From: Clostridia bacterium | Lineage (GTDB): Bacteria; Bacillota; Clostridia; Oscillospirales; Acutalibacteraceae | Direction: 5' to 3' | Assembly: GCA_017461625.1 (NCBI GenBank) | Contig: JAFTXJ010000018.1 | Span: 34,781 to 98,780 of the forward strand | DNA: 64,000 bases | Shown here: piece after piece, positions 48,031 to 58,571 of the stretch | Position numbering within the stretch: position 1 is the first letter of the stretch | Layout: the number at the start of each line of letters is the position of its first letter | Made by a program: the position numbers and the translations under genes | The notes under the pieces: model-generated | The model's database searches: none | Told to the model about the DNA's origin: nothing | Seen by the model: only the letters and a program-made list of their open reading frames with translations

Positions 48031-48586
48031 GCTGAATCTCCTTTAACGCTCTCACTGTTTCCGCAACAGGCAGACCGACCACGTTAAAATAGTCACCCTC
48101 AATTCCTTTAACAAGCACACAGCCGTTGGTCTGAATTCCGTAACCCCCTGCTTTATCAAAGCAGTCACCCGAAGAAATGTATTCATCAATTTCGTTTTGT
48201 GAAAGCGAATAAAATTCAACGGCAGTTTTTTGGCACAAAACTGTCGCTTTTTCATTTGTCATAATGCACACACCGGTAAAAACATAATGCTTTTTACCCG
48301 AAAGCATATTCAACATTTCGTTAGCTTCGTTATAATTTTTAGGTTTTCCGAGAATCTTGCCGTCAATGGCAACCACCGTATCAGCACCGATAACTATACT
48401 GTCAGGGTGCTTTGCAAAAACAGCTTTAGCTTTAATCTGAGCCAATTTTTTCACCGCTTCATCGGGAGAAATACCGTTTTCAAGCGTTTCATCGGCATCA
48501 GCAACATCCACCGTAAAGTTAACACCTGCCAATTGCAAAAGCTCTCTGCGTCTTGGAGAGGCAGAGGCTAAAATTATATCTTTCAT
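48023..48586 (-). CDS. maf: Maf-like nucleoside triphosphate pyrophosphatase
   Basis: IILASASPRRRELL...GADTVV...DKAGGYGIQ. Confidence 0.93.
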   Translation of the reverse strand: MKDIILASASPRRRELLQLAGVNFTVDVADADETLENGISPDEAVKKLAQIKAKAVFAKHPDSIVIGADTVVAIDGKILGKPKNYNEANEMLNMLSGKKHYVFTGVCIMTNEKATVLCQKTAVEFYSLSQNEIDEYISSGDCFDKAGGYGIQTNGCVLVKGIEGDYFNVVGLPVAETVRALKEIQHG

Positions 48587-49119
48587 TTGTTCATCCTCAA
48601 AAAAGTTTTCAATATTGCCGCCTGAGTTTTTCCGTCAGGAATCTCATTATTCATAACCATCTCAACAGCTTTTTCAAGAGGAATTTTTTCAACATTCAAA
48701 AACTCATCCTCATCAAGATCCTGCTCACCAAAGCTAAGCCCTTTTGCAAGGTAGAGATAAATTATTTCATCCACATATCCGCAAGTGGGATAAAACTTGC
48801 CCAAATCTATATATTCCCGGGCAGTGCAACCAACCTCTTCCATCAACTCCCGTTTACCTGTTTCAAGGGGGTCTTCCCCTCTTTCAAGCTTACCAGCAGG
48901 GAGTTCAAGCAAAACATCCATATAAGGATATCTGAACTGACGCACAAAAACAAGCTCGTTGTTATCAGTCAGTGCGGCTATACATACTCCGCCGGGATGC
49001 TCAACAACCTCTCTGATACAAGGTTTTCCGTTTGGCAAAAGTGCATCGTCACGGCGAAGGTTAATAATTCTACCCTCATATATATAATTCTTTTTTACCG
49101 TTGTTTCTTCAAGCTTCAT
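48583..49119 (-). CDS. NUDIX hydrolase (ADP-ribose pyrophosphatase-like)
   Basis: Nudix box GKLERGEDPLETGKRELMEEVG. Confidence 0.88.
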   Translation of the reverse strand: MKLEETTVKKNYIYEGRIINLRRDDALLPNGKPCIREVVEHPGGVCIAALTDNNELVFVRQFRYPYMDVLLELPAGKLERGEDPLETGKRELMEEVGCTAREYIDLGKFYPTCGYVDEIIYLYLAKGLSFGEQDLDEDEFLNVEKIPLEKAVEMVMNNEIPDGKTQAAILKTFLRMNK

Positions 49120-49129
49120 AATAAATCCC

Positions 49130-49606
49130 TCATCTGATTTTTACTTTAAAATCTGTGGAACATCTTGGGCAACAAACCGTATGTTCACCCTTGCGTTTAG
49201 GCAATCTGATTGTTGCCTGACAGTTAGGGCATTTTTTAAAAACGTGAGTTTTTCTGTCTCTGAATCTCATCTTTAAAGCATCAATTTTCTTTTTGAAATT
49301 TGACGGCTTTTTAGGAGTAATATCATAAGGATTTCGGCTGAAATCTTTGCTCTTTATTTTGGAAATTATCTGCAAAAACTTTGCATTTTCTTTTTGCCTC
49401 TGATACAGATTTTTTGAAAAGAATCTGTACATTGTAAGCACAAAAAACACCAATGTAAAAACTGAATAAATTCTTGAATTTATAAACCAATCCGCAACCT
49501 CAAGAATCAGACTGAAAATAACCATCGCAAAATATAAATCGTCAGAGCCGTTTCTCCCCCTCATAAACTCCATAAACTTAAATTTGAGATTATTCAATTC
49601 ATTCAC
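49130..49606 (-). CDS. Membrane protein with C-terminal zinc ribbon
   Basis: Two TM segments followed by CPNC...CCPRC. Confidence 0.6.
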   Translation of the reverse strand: MNELNNLKFKFMEFMRGRNGSDDLYFAMVIFSLILEVADWFINSRIYSVFTLVFFVLTMYRFFSKNLYQRQKENAKFLQIISKIKSKDFSRNPYDITPKKPSNFKKKIDALKMRFRDRKTHVFKKCPNCQATIRLPKRKGEHTVCCPRCSTDFKVKIR

Positions 49607-50897
49607 CTAACTTTTTAATCACTTCTTTGTAGTGATTACCTTTGTATTCAAAATTTTTATACACATTGTAGCTTGATGCCGCAGGAGAAAGCAAGCAGCT
49701 CTTTCCCTTTGCAGTCAACTCAAATGCTGACCCCACAGCGTGTTCCATATCCGTTGCCTTGACCATTGTCTTTTTGCAACCTGCTTCAGTAAGCCTGTCA
49801 ATAATACTGTGGCCTGTTTCGGGCATACCGATAAGATTTGACACAGGGCAGGAAATCAGATATTTTTCAAATTCATCATAGTCGATACCTCTGTCAAGTC
49901 CGCCAAAAATCAGAGTGTCAACGTCACCAATCGCCTCAACTCCGCACTCAACTGCATGAGGGATTGTTGCAATACTGTCGTTAAAAAATTTAACGCCCTT
50001 AAACTCACCAACAGGCTCCAGGCGATGAGGTATTCCCTTAAAATTTTCAACACCCTTTTTAACTGCATCCTTGCTGATGCCGAGAATTTCTGCAACCTTG
50101 GCGGCAAAGAAAATATCCTGATGAGTATGAACACCTAAAAGTCTGCCGTTAAGTGTTGTAAGACTTTGCAAAAATTCATCACTCTGTACCGCACTTACAG
50201 CGATTTTTTGACCCATTGTCACGCTAAAATCAACCACTCCGGTCAAATCCTGATCAGGGTTATAAACGAGATAATCGTCTTCACTTTGGTGATTCATTAT
50301 ATTAAGCTTTGCACCCACATAGCCCTCAAAGCCGTTGTAATGGTCAAGATGCTCGGGGTAAACGTTTGTAAGCACAGCAATATGAGGAGAAGTGCGTGTG
50401 AACTCAAGCTGATGCGATGACATTTCAATCACTGCAATCTTGCCTTCACTTGCATCAATAACATCAAAAACAGGTACACCGATGTTGCCGATAAGGCAGG
50501 TATCTTTACCAGAAGCAGCAATCACTTCATAAATCAGTGTTGAGGTTGTGGTTTTTCCCTTTGTGCCTGTGATACCGATTTTCATACAAGGGGCATATTT
50601 CAAAAACAAATCCGTCTGACAGGTTATTGTAACGCCCTCGGGGATTTCAACATCTCTCACCGAAATACCGGGGGTTTTCATAACGATATCATAATCCTTC
50701 ATTGCTTCCATATAGTTTTCGCCTGTGTGAAGGGTTACGTTCAGGTCATCAAGGTTTATTTCTTTCATATCAGCAATACCCAACTGCTTTTCGGGCAGGT
50801 ATTTGCGAATATAGTTATAGGTTGAAATTCCCTCACGACCAAATCCCATAATAAGAACTTTTTTATTTTTATAAAAATCAATAAGCGACTGACACAT
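49599..50897 (-). CDS. murD: UDP-N-acetylmuramoyl-L-alanine--D-glutamate ligase
   Basis: GITGTKGKTTT P-loop and Mur ligase domains. ATG 50897 (MCQSL) lies 9 nt after GGAG. Confidence 0.93.
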   Translation of the reverse strand: MCQSLIDFYKNKKVLIMGFGREGISTYNYIRKYLPEKQLGIADMKEINLDDLNVTLHTGENYMEAMKDYDIVMKTPGISVRDVEIPEGVTITCQTDLFLKYAPCMKIGITGTKGKTTTSTLIYEVIAASGKDTCLIGNIGVPVFDVIDASEGKIAVIEMSSHQLEFTRTSPHIAVLTNVYPEHLDHYNGFEGYVGAKLNIMNHQSEDDYLVYNPDQDLTGVVDFSVTMGQKIAVSAVQSDEFLQSLTTLNGRLLGVHTHQDIFFAAKVAEILGISKDAVKKGVENFKGIPHRLEPVGEFKGVKFFNDSIATIPHAVECGVEAIGDVDTLIFGGLDRGIDYDEFEKYLISCPVSNLIGMPETGHSIIDRLTEAGCKKTMVKATDMEHAVGSAFELTAKGKSCLLSPAASSYNVYKNFEYKGNHYKEVIKKLGE

Positions 50898-50967
50898 AAT
50901 TAACATCTCCGATGTGATAAAGTATGATGGTTTAATATGAACTTTTTGTAATCAAAGTCTTAATTTT

Positions 50968-51192
50968 CTATTTTTTCTTTCCAAATAAGCGAGATTGCAG
51001 ATCAAGCATTTTCTGCTTTTCAACATCTGTTTCTTCATTCAGAATCATATATTTTTCATTGTCAAAGGCAAGTATATCTCCACTTTTTACGCCCTGAGGC
51101 AACAGTGATATTTCAATTTCCTTAAAGCTTTTGTTCTGCGTTTCACATTTTGCAATGCCGTTTTCAATAAATTCAACAACAAATCTTTCCAT
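50968..51192 (-). CDS. DUF3006 domain protein
   Basis: 74 aa: MERFVVEFIENGIAKCE...LPQGVKSGDIL. Confidence 0.7.
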   Translation of the reverse strand: MERFVVEFIENGIAKCETQNKSFKEIEISLLPQGVKSGDILAFDNEKYMILNEETDVEKQKMLDLQSRLFGKKK

Positions 51193-51193
51193 T

Positions 51194-51382
51194 TTAAAAC
51201 TCGCTTTCTGCTATGCAACGCTTTGTGCTGATAAGCGAACCTGCTTCAACAACACCGTTTTCACATCCGCACCACGGACAATGGATATGTTCCATTGGAG
51301 CACGCAGGTCAGGAGTGACGGGAATTGATGTATCCCTGACCACTTCAAACCTTTTATAACACCCTGCACATTGCTTTTTCAT
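51194..51382 (-). CDS. Small Cys-rich (zinc-ribbon-like) protein
   Basis: MKKQCAGCYK...HCPWCGC. GGGGTG lies upstream of ATG 51382. It abuts the DUF3006 gene. Confidence 0.45.
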   Translation of the reverse strand: MKKQCAGCYKRFEVVRDTSIPVTPDLRAPMEHIHCPWCGCENGVVEAGSLISTKRCIAESEF

Positions 51383-51605
51383 TCGATAACACCCCATTGT
51401 ATTTTATATACTTATTATAACTTTTAACTAATAATCTGTCAACGACCTTAAAAGGGCAAAATGTTTTTTTAAATCAAAGTGGCAATATGCACTAAATTTC
51501 TTTATTTCAAGCCCTTTTTTCGTTGTTTTTTATCGTTAAAATATACAAAGTTGATTTTTTTATACATCTTATATTGACCAAATTGTAGAAAAAGAGTTTT
51601 AACCC

Positions 51606-51633
51606 TTGTTTTTGCAAAAAAGTGTGTTATAAT
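51606..51633 (+). promoter_or_regulatory. Putative promoter of the ilv-leu operon
   Basis: TTGTTT, 16 nt, TGtTATAAT (extended -10), about 30 nt upstream of the leader-peptide SD. Confidence 0.45.
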
Positions 51634-51667
51634 ATCTGCAATTAATATGGAGTTGTGAGGAATTAAA

Positions 51668-51784
51668 ATGTTTTCATTCGCATCACAATTGGGAATAATA
51701 ATTATTAACGTTATCAATCTCGTGGTCGTGACCCTAATTGATAACGCAAAAGATTATGCCCCAAGGTGTCAGAAAGCAGTTTAA
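51668..51784 (+). CDS. Candidate ilv-leu leader peptide (38 aa, Ile/Val/Leu-rich)
   Basis: SD GAGGA lies 7 nt upstream. Sequence MFSFASQLGIIIINVINLVVVTLIDNAKDYAPRCQKAV has 13 of 17 residues at positions 8-24 branched-chain. It is followed by terminator hairpins before ilvB. Confidence 0.6.
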   Translation: MFSFASQLGIIIINVINLVVVTLIDNAKDYAPRCQKAV

Positions 51785-51831
51785 TTAAAGCCCCACGGAA
51801 TAATACCAAGGGTTTTTATTATACATACTCG

Positions 51832-51870
51832 AAGCCTATGGTTTAATCTTTAAGCCATAGGCTTTTATTT
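51832..51870 (+). terminator. Attenuator terminator in the ilvB leader
   Basis: AAGCCTATGG-tttaatctttaag-CCATAGGCTT followed by TTATTT, 34 nt upstream of the ilvB ATG. A weaker AAAGCCC...GGGTTTTT hairpin sits at 51787-51817. Confidence 0.65.
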
Positions 51871-51903
51871 ACGAAACGCAACTCTCCACAGAAAGGAAAC
51901 GCT

Positions 51904-53571
51904 ATGAAATTAACTGGTGCTCAGATTCTTATTGAAACCCTTATTGAGCAAGGTGTTGATACCATTTTCGGTTACCCCGGCGGCTCTGTTCTTGATATTT
52001 ATGATGAGCTTTATAAAAACGCTGACAGAATCAATCACGTCATTTCTGCTCACGAGCAAGGTGCTGCTCACGCCGCTGAAGGTTATGCAAGGGCTTCGGG
52101 CAGATTAGGTGTTGTTCTTGCCACATCAGGCCCCGGTGCCACCAACCTTGTTACCGGTATTGCAGATGCCAATCTTGACTCAACCCCTTTGCTTGCCATC
52201 ACAGGTAATGTTGGTACTGCAGTTTTAGGCAGTGACGGATTTCAGGAGGTTGACATCGTAGGTGTGACCTACCCCATTGTCAAGCACAGCTATCAGGTTA
52301 AAGATGTTACCAAGCTCGCTGACACAATCCGCGAAGCAATGCAGATTGCACAGTCAGGCAGACCGGGTCCCGTACTTATTGATATTCCCAAAGATGTTCA
52401 GTTAGCATCCACAGATTTTGAAAACAAAGAAAAGGTTGCTCTTTTTGACAACCCTCCTTATGATGAGGAGCTTATTGATAAAGCTGTTGAAATGATTGCT
52501 CAGAGCAAACGCCCATTTATCTATTGCGGTGGTGGTGCAGCTAAAGAAAGATGCTGCCATGACATTATGGCTTTTTCAGAAAAGATTGATGCCCCTATCG
52601 GCACAAGTATGATGGGTCTTGCCTCAATTCCCGCTTCATTCAAAAACGGTTTAGGTATGTGCGGCATGCACGGTCATTACGCTTCAACAGCAGCAATGTA
52701 TGAGTCAGATTTGATTATTGCTATGGGTGTACGCTTCAGTGACAGAGCCACAGGCGATAAGAAAAAGTTCTCTCTTGATAAAAAAATCATTCATATTGAC
52801 ATTGACCCTGCCGAAATCAGCAAAAATATTTCAGTAAATCTCGGCATCACAGGCGACCTTAAAGAAGTTCTCGCTGCAATTAACGAGAAAACCTCTGAAA
52901 GCAAAAAGCCTGAATGGATGGCAAAGATTGACGAATTCAGAAAATACGAAGAAGAAAACACTTACATAAGCCCTAACAAGCTTACACCTTATGATATTAT
53001 TGATGCAGTTAATGCAATCAAGGATGAATATTCACCCGTAAGCACTGACGTTGGTCAGCACCAGCTCTGGACTTCACAGAGGAACAAGGTTCACCATTCA
53101 AAAACCTTCATCACAAGTGGCGGTCTTGGTACAATGGGATTTGGTATGGGTGCCGCAATCGGTGCGGCTGTTGCAACAGGCAAAACAAGCATCCTTTACA
53201 CAGGTGACGGCAGCTTCGGTATGAATCTTAATGAGCTTGCCACAGCAGTGTCACAAAATCTTCCGTTAGTTGTTGTTCTTTTCAACAACGGTGTTCTCGG
53301 CAATGTTCGCCAGTGGCAGACTATGTTCTACGGTGAGCGTTATTCACAGACCACCCTCAACCGTAAAACAGATTTCGTTAAGCTTGCAGAAGCTTTCGGA
53401 GCAAAAGGCTTCAGAGCTGATGACAAAGATTCCCTCAACGAAGCTCTTAAAGAAGCTTTTGCTTCAAAGAGCCCCTGCGTTGTTGAATGTATAATCGACA
53501 AAGACGAAATGGTTCTTCCTATGATTCCTCCCGGAAAGTCCATTGACAGTCTGCTTATGCGATTCAGATAA
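51904..53571 (+). CDS. ilvB: Acetolactate synthase large subunit
   Basis: 555 aa with TPP motif GGLGTMGFGMGAAIGA...GDGSFGMN. Confidence 0.96.
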   Translation: MKLTGAQILIETLIEQGVDTIFGYPGGSVLDIYDELYKNADRINHVISAHEQGAAHAAEGYARASGRLGVVLATSGPGATNLVTGIADANLDSTPLLAITGNVGTAVLGSDGFQEVDIVGVTYPIVKHSYQVKDVTKLADTIREAMQIAQSGRPGPVLIDIPKDVQLASTDFENKEKVALFDNPPYDEELIDKAVEMIAQSKRPFIYCGGGAAKERCCHDIMAFSEKIDAPIGTSMMGLASIPASFKNGLGMCGMHGHYASTAAMYESDLIIAMGVRFSDRATGDKKKFSLDKKIIHIDIDPAEISKNISVNLGITGDLKEVLAAINEKTSESKKPEWMAKIDEFRKYEEENTYISPNKLTPYDIIDAVNAIKDEYSPVSTDVGQHQLWTSQRNKVHHSKTFITSGGLGTMGFGMGAAIGAAVATGKTSILYTGDGSFGMNLNELATAVSQNLPLVVVLFNNGVLGNVRQWQTMFYGERYSQTTLNRKTDFVKLAEAFGAKGFRADDKDSLNEALKEAFASKSPCVVECIIDKDEMVLPMIPPGKSIDSLLMRFR

Positions 53572-53583
53572 GGGGGTTATGAA

Positions 53584-54078
53584 ATGAAAAGATTTGTTAT
53601 CGGTATGTTGGTTTCTAACCAGTCAGGTGTTTTAACAAGAATTTCAGGTATGTTCTCCCGCCGAGGCTTTAACATTGACAGCCTTACAGTTGGTGTTACA
53701 GAAAACCCCGACCTTTCAAGAATGACTGTTACAATGACAGGCTCGGAATATGAACGTGACCAGATGTTAAAGCAGCTTGGTAAGCTCTTTGATGTTAAAG
53801 AAATTAAAGAAATTGAAACCTCAATAGCAATCAACCGTGAGCTTGCAATCGTTAAGGTTAAGGCAAATCCTGCCGACCGACTTGAGGTGCTCACTGTTGC
53901 TAACACCTTCGGTGCAAAGGTTGTTGACCTTTCAGCTGAAACCATCTGCTTTGAAAAAACAGGTGAAAGCAACAAGCTCGATTCGTTTGTTGAGCTTCTC
54001 AAACCCTACGGTATAGTAGAGATGTGCCGCACCGGTCTTGTAGCAATTGACCGTGGCAGCACAACCCTTAAAAAATAA
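53584..54078 (+). CDS. ilvN: Acetolactate synthase small (regulatory) subunit
   Basis: ACT domain GMLVSNQSGVLTRISGMFSRRGFNIDSLTVG. Confidence 0.95.
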   Translation: MKRFVIGMLVSNQSGVLTRISGMFSRRGFNIDSLTVGVTENPDLSRMTVTMTGSEYERDQMLKQLGKLFDVKEIKEIETSIAINRELAIVKVKANPADRLEVLTVANTFGAKVVDLSAETICFEKTGESNKLDSFVELLKPYGIVEMCRTGLVAIDRGSTTLKK

Positions 54079-54106
54079 ACAAATAAATTATTATTCAAAG
54101 GAGTAA

Positions 54107-55102
<996 letters not shown>

Positions 55103-55115
55103 TTATTCCTATTTT

Positions 55116-55194
55116 CGCCCTGTCTGCCCAACGGCAGACAGGGTGTGCAGGGTTTATCTGAGAATTTATTTTTTGAGTTCTGAGATAAACCCTG
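55116..55194 (+). other. Two strong inverted repeats in the ilvC-cimA spacer
   Basis: Hairpin 1 is CCCTGTCTGCC-caac-GGCAGACAGGG (55118-55143). Hairpin 2 is CAGGGTTTATCTGAGAA...TTCTGAGATAAACCCTG (55148-55194, 17 bp with 1 mismatch). Neither is followed by a T-run. Confidence 0.6.
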
Positions 55195-55213
55195 TAAGAA
55201 AGGAGCTGAATAT

Positions 55214-56791
55214 ATGTCCGATTTCAAGAAAATCGAGATTTTCGACTCCACGCTCCGTGACGGCTCACAGGGTGAGGGAATCTCTTTTTCCGTTCAGGAC
55301 AAACTTAAAATCGCAACAATTCTTGATGAATTCGGTGTTACATACATTGAAGCCGGCAACCCCGGTTCAAATCCCAAAGAGCTTCGCTTTTTTGAAGAGC
55401 TGAAGCACGTTGAATTCAAAAATGCAAAGCTTTGTGCTTTCGGCAGTACAGCCAGAGCAGGTAAGCCCGTTTGTGAGGATGCAAACATCATTGCTCTTCT
55501 TTCAGCAAACACACCTGCGGTTGCCATATTCGGCAAAACATGGGATTTGCATGTTACCGAAATTCTTCATATTTCTTTGGAAGACAACAAAAAAATTGTA
55601 AAAGACACCCTTGCATACCTTAAGGAGCAAGGAAAAGAGGTTATATTTGATGCCGAACATTTCTACGACGGTTATAAAAATAATCCGTCTTATGCTCTTG
55701 AAGTGCTTAGTTGTGCAGTTGAAGGCGGTGCGGATGTGCTTGCCCTTTGTGACACAAACGGTGGTTGCCTCCCTGATGAAATTTCACAAATCACATCAGA
55801 TGTTACGAAAGCTTTCCCGAATGTAAGAGTGGGTATCCATTGCCACAACGATACAGGCTGTGCTGTTGCCAACTCAATGTCAGCAGTTAAAAGCGGTGCC
55901 GTTCAGGTTCAGGGAACATTCGTAGGCTACGGTGAAAGATGCGGTAATGCAGACCTCAGCACAATCATCGCAAACCTTGCTTTAAAGTGCGGTTATGATG
56001 TGAGTGTTGACCTCACTCAGCTTCGCCTCACCGCCCGCAAGATTGCAGAGATTTCAAATGTCCGCCTTAATCACAATCACCCATATGTGGGTAAAAGTGC
56101 CTTCGGTCACAAGGCAGGAATGCATATTGACGGCGTGCAGAAATGTTCACGCTCTTTTGAACATGTTCCTCCCGAATCGGTTGGTAATGAAAGAAAGTTC
56201 CTTATGAGCGAGGTTGCAGGCAGAGGCACTGTTTTGCCTAAGATTCAGAAATTTGCCCCTGAGCTTGATAAAAAATCACCCGAAACAGGCATTATCACCG
56301 AGGAGCTAAAAAAGAGAGAAAACGCAGGCTACCACTACGAGGCTGCCGAAGCAAGCTTTGACTTGTTTGTAAAAAAGCAGTTGGGCCTTTACAGACCTCA
56401 TTTTAATGTTATTATGTATAAAGTGCTTGACGACTTCCCCGCACCCGACGGCGAACAACAGTCAAACGCTATGATTAAAATTGAAGTTGACGGCAAGATC
56501 ACAATGTCCTGTGCATCAGGTAACGGTCCCGTTAACGCATTGGATAAGGCAATGAGAGATGCTCTCTCCTGTTTCTATCCCGAAATCAGTGATATGCACC
56601 TTATGGACTATAAGGTTCGTGTTATTGAGTCAGGTCTCACAACCGACTCAAAAACCAGAGTTATGATTGACTCTGCTGACTCAAATTCGGTATTTACCAC
56701 CATCGGAGTTTCCAGCGATATTATTAAGGCGAGCTTCAGGGCTCTGGTGGACTCTTTTGAATACAAATTATCCAAAAAGGAGAATGAATAA
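55214..56791 (+). CDS. cimA: (R)-citramalate synthase (CimA, LeuA-related TIGR00977-type)
   Basis: [20 protein letters not shown]...[13 protein letters not shown] matches the CimA-type pattern as I recall it, rather than LeuA (RDGEQ...IEAGF). 525 aa with a C-terminal regulatory domain. Confidence 0.75.
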   Translation: MSDFKKIEIFDSTLRDGSQGEGISFSVQDKLKIATILDEFGVTYIEAGNPGSNPKELRFFEELKHVEFKNAKLCAFGSTARAGKPVCEDANIIALLSANTPAVAIFGKTWDLHVTEILHISLEDNKKIVKDTLAYLKEQGKEVIFDAEHFYDGYKNNPSYALEVLSCAVEGGADVLALCDTNGGCLPDEISQITSDVTKAFPNVRVGIHCHNDTGCAVANSMSAVKSGAVQVQGTFVGYGERCGNADLSTIIANLALKCGYDVSVDLTQLRLTARKIAEISNVRLNHNHPYVGKSAFGHKAGMHIDGVQKCSRSFEHVPPESVGNERKFLMSEVAGRGTVLPKIQKFAPELDKKSPETGIITEELKKRENAGYHYEAAEASFDLFVKKQLGLYRPHFNVIMYKVLDDFPAPDGEQQSNAMIKIEVDGKITMSCASGNGPVNALDKAMRDALSCFYPEISDMHLMDYKVRVIESGLTTDSKTRVMIDSADSNSVFTTIGVSSDIIKASFRALVDSFEYKLSKKENE

Positions 56792-58053
56792 TGGGAATGA
56801 CAATGACACAAAAAATCCTCGCTGCTCACGCAGGTCTTGACTCAGTGAGTGCAGGTCAGCTCATTCTTGCAGACATCGACCTTGTTTTGGGCAACGACGT
56901 TACAACACCCGTTGCCGTATCAGAATACAAAAAGCTCGGTCTTGACAAAGTGTTTGACAAGAATAAGGTTGCAATGGTAATGGACCATTTCACACCTAAC
57001 AAAGACATCAAAGCTGCAACACAGTGCAAAATGTGCCGTGAATTTGCAGGCGATATGGACATCGTAAACTACTTCGACGTTGGTGATATGGGCGTTGAAC
57101 ACGCAATCCTCCCCGAAAAAGGTCTTGTAGTTTCAGGCGACGTTGTAATCGGCGCAGACTCTCATACCTGCACATATGGTGCTCTCGGCGCTTTCTCAAC
57201 AGGCGTTGGTTCAACTGATATGGCTTGCGGTATGGCAACAGGTAAGGCTTGGTTCAAGGTTCCTTCAGCTATCAAATTTGAGCTTAAAGGCGAGCTTCAG
57301 CCAAACGTTTACGGTAAAGACGTTATCCTTCACATCATCGGTATGATTGGTGTAGACGGTGCACTTTACAAATCAATGGAATTCTGTGGCGAAGGCGTTC
57401 ACACACTTTCAGTTAGTGAAAGACTTTGCATGGCTAATATGGCTATTGAAGCAGGCGGTAAGAACGGTATCTTTGAAGTTGACGATAAGACAATCGAATT
57501 CATCAAAGAAGCAGGCGGCAAAGAGCCAACAATTTATAAAGCTGACGATGACGCTGTTTATGATGAAACTTACGTTATCGACCTTTCAGAAATTCGCCCC
57601 ACAGTAGCATTCCCCCACCTTCCCGAAAACACACGCACCTTTGACCAGATCGGCGAAGTTAAAATTGACCAGGTTGTTATCGGCTCCTGCACAAACGGCA
57701 GACTCGAAGACCTTGTTGTTGCCGCTAACATCCTCAAAGGCAAAAAGGTTAAGAAGGGTGTTCGCACAATCGTAATCCCCGCAACTAACAAGATTTATCT
57801 TGACGCTATGGAAATGGGACTTCTCAAAATCTTCATCGAAGCAGGTGCTATCGTTTCAACACCTACCTGCGGACCCTGCCTCGGCGGTCATATGGGTATT
57901 CTTGCTGAAGGTGAAAGAGCAGTTGCCACAACCAACCGTAACTTCGTTGGCCGTATGGGTCACCCCAAATCAGAAGTTTACCTTGCAAGCCCTGCAGTTG
58001 CTGCTGCATCAGCTATCACAGGTAAGATTTCTTCACCAGAGGAGGTTATGTAA
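56791..58053 (+). CDS. leuC: 3-isopropylmalate/citramalate dehydratase large subunit
   Basis: Fe-S ligand contexts GADSHTC, GSCTNGR and CGPCLG. Confidence 0.95.
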   Translation: MGMTMTQKILAAHAGLDSVSAGQLILADIDLVLGNDVTTPVAVSEYKKLGLDKVFDKNKVAMVMDHFTPNKDIKAATQCKMCREFAGDMDIVNYFDVGDMGVEHAILPEKGLVVSGDVVIGADSHTCTYGALGAFSTGVGSTDMACGMATGKAWFKVPSAIKFELKGELQPNVYGKDVILHIIGMIGVDGALYKSMEFCGEGVHTLSVSERLCMANMAIEAGGKNGIFEVDDKTIEFIKEAGGKEPTIYKADDDAVYDETYVIDLSEIRPTVAFPHLPENTRTFDQIGEVKIDQVVIGSCTNGRLEDLVVAANILKGKKVKKGVRTIVIPATNKIYLDAMEMGLLKIFIEAGAIVSTPTCGPCLGGHMGILAEGERAVATTNRNFVGRMGHPKSEVYLASPAVAAASAITGKISSPEEVM

Positions 58054-58055
58054 TA

Positions 58056-58550
58056 ATGTTATTTGAAGGTAAAGTTATTAAATACGGCGATAACGTTGAC
58101 ACTGACGTTATTATTCCTGCCCGTTATCTTAACACTATTGATAAAAAAGAGCTTGCTGCTCACTGCATGGAAGACCTTGATGCAACATTCGTAAACCGTG
58201 TTGAAGACGGCGACATTATGGTTGCAGGCTACAACTTCGGCTGCGGTTCTTCACGTGAGCACGCTCCCATCGCTATTAAAGCAAGCGGTATTTCTCTTGT
58301 AATCGCAAAGAGCTTTGCAAGAATTTTCTACCGTAACTCAATCAACATCGGTCTCCCCATCATCGAGTGCCCCGAAGCTGTTGACGCTATCAGCGAAGGC
58401 GACAAGCTCAAGGCTGATATGGACGCAGGTGTTATCTACAACCTCACCACAGGTGATGAATACAAGGCTGAGCCGTTCCCTGCATTTATTCAGGAAATTA
58501 TCGCAACAGGCGGTCTTATTGAATCAATCAAAGCAGGTAAAATTAAATAA
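58056..58550 (+). CDS. leuD: 3-isopropylmalate dehydratase small subunit
   Basis: [14 protein letters not shown]. Confidence 0.95.
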   Translation: MLFEGKVIKYGDNVDTDVIIPARYLNTIDKKELAAHCMEDLDATFVNRVEDGDIMVAGYNFGCGSSREHAPIAIKASGISLVIAKSFARIFYRNSINIGLPIIECPEAVDAISEGDKLKADMDAGVIYNLTTGDEYKAEPFPAFIQEIIATGGLIESIKAGKIK

Positions 58551-58571
58551 TTATAAAAGGATCTGACTAAA

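Noticed and set aside
51502-51717. A 71-aa minus-strand ORF in the murD-side/ilvB spacer.
   Set aside because: It has AT-rich low-complexity sequence, overlaps the ilv promoter and leader peptide on the opposite strand, and has no SD.
51398-51903. A T-box leader upstream of ilvB, as expected for Firmicutes.
   Set aside because: I see no specifier-loop or AGAGA context, and no conserved T-box sequence (…GGUGGUACCGCG-like). An SD-preceded BCAA-rich leader ORF is present instead.
53577-54002. A 141-aa minus-strand ORF.
   Set aside because: It is antisense to ilvN (clear ACT-domain small subunit) inside a tightly packed plus-strand operon.
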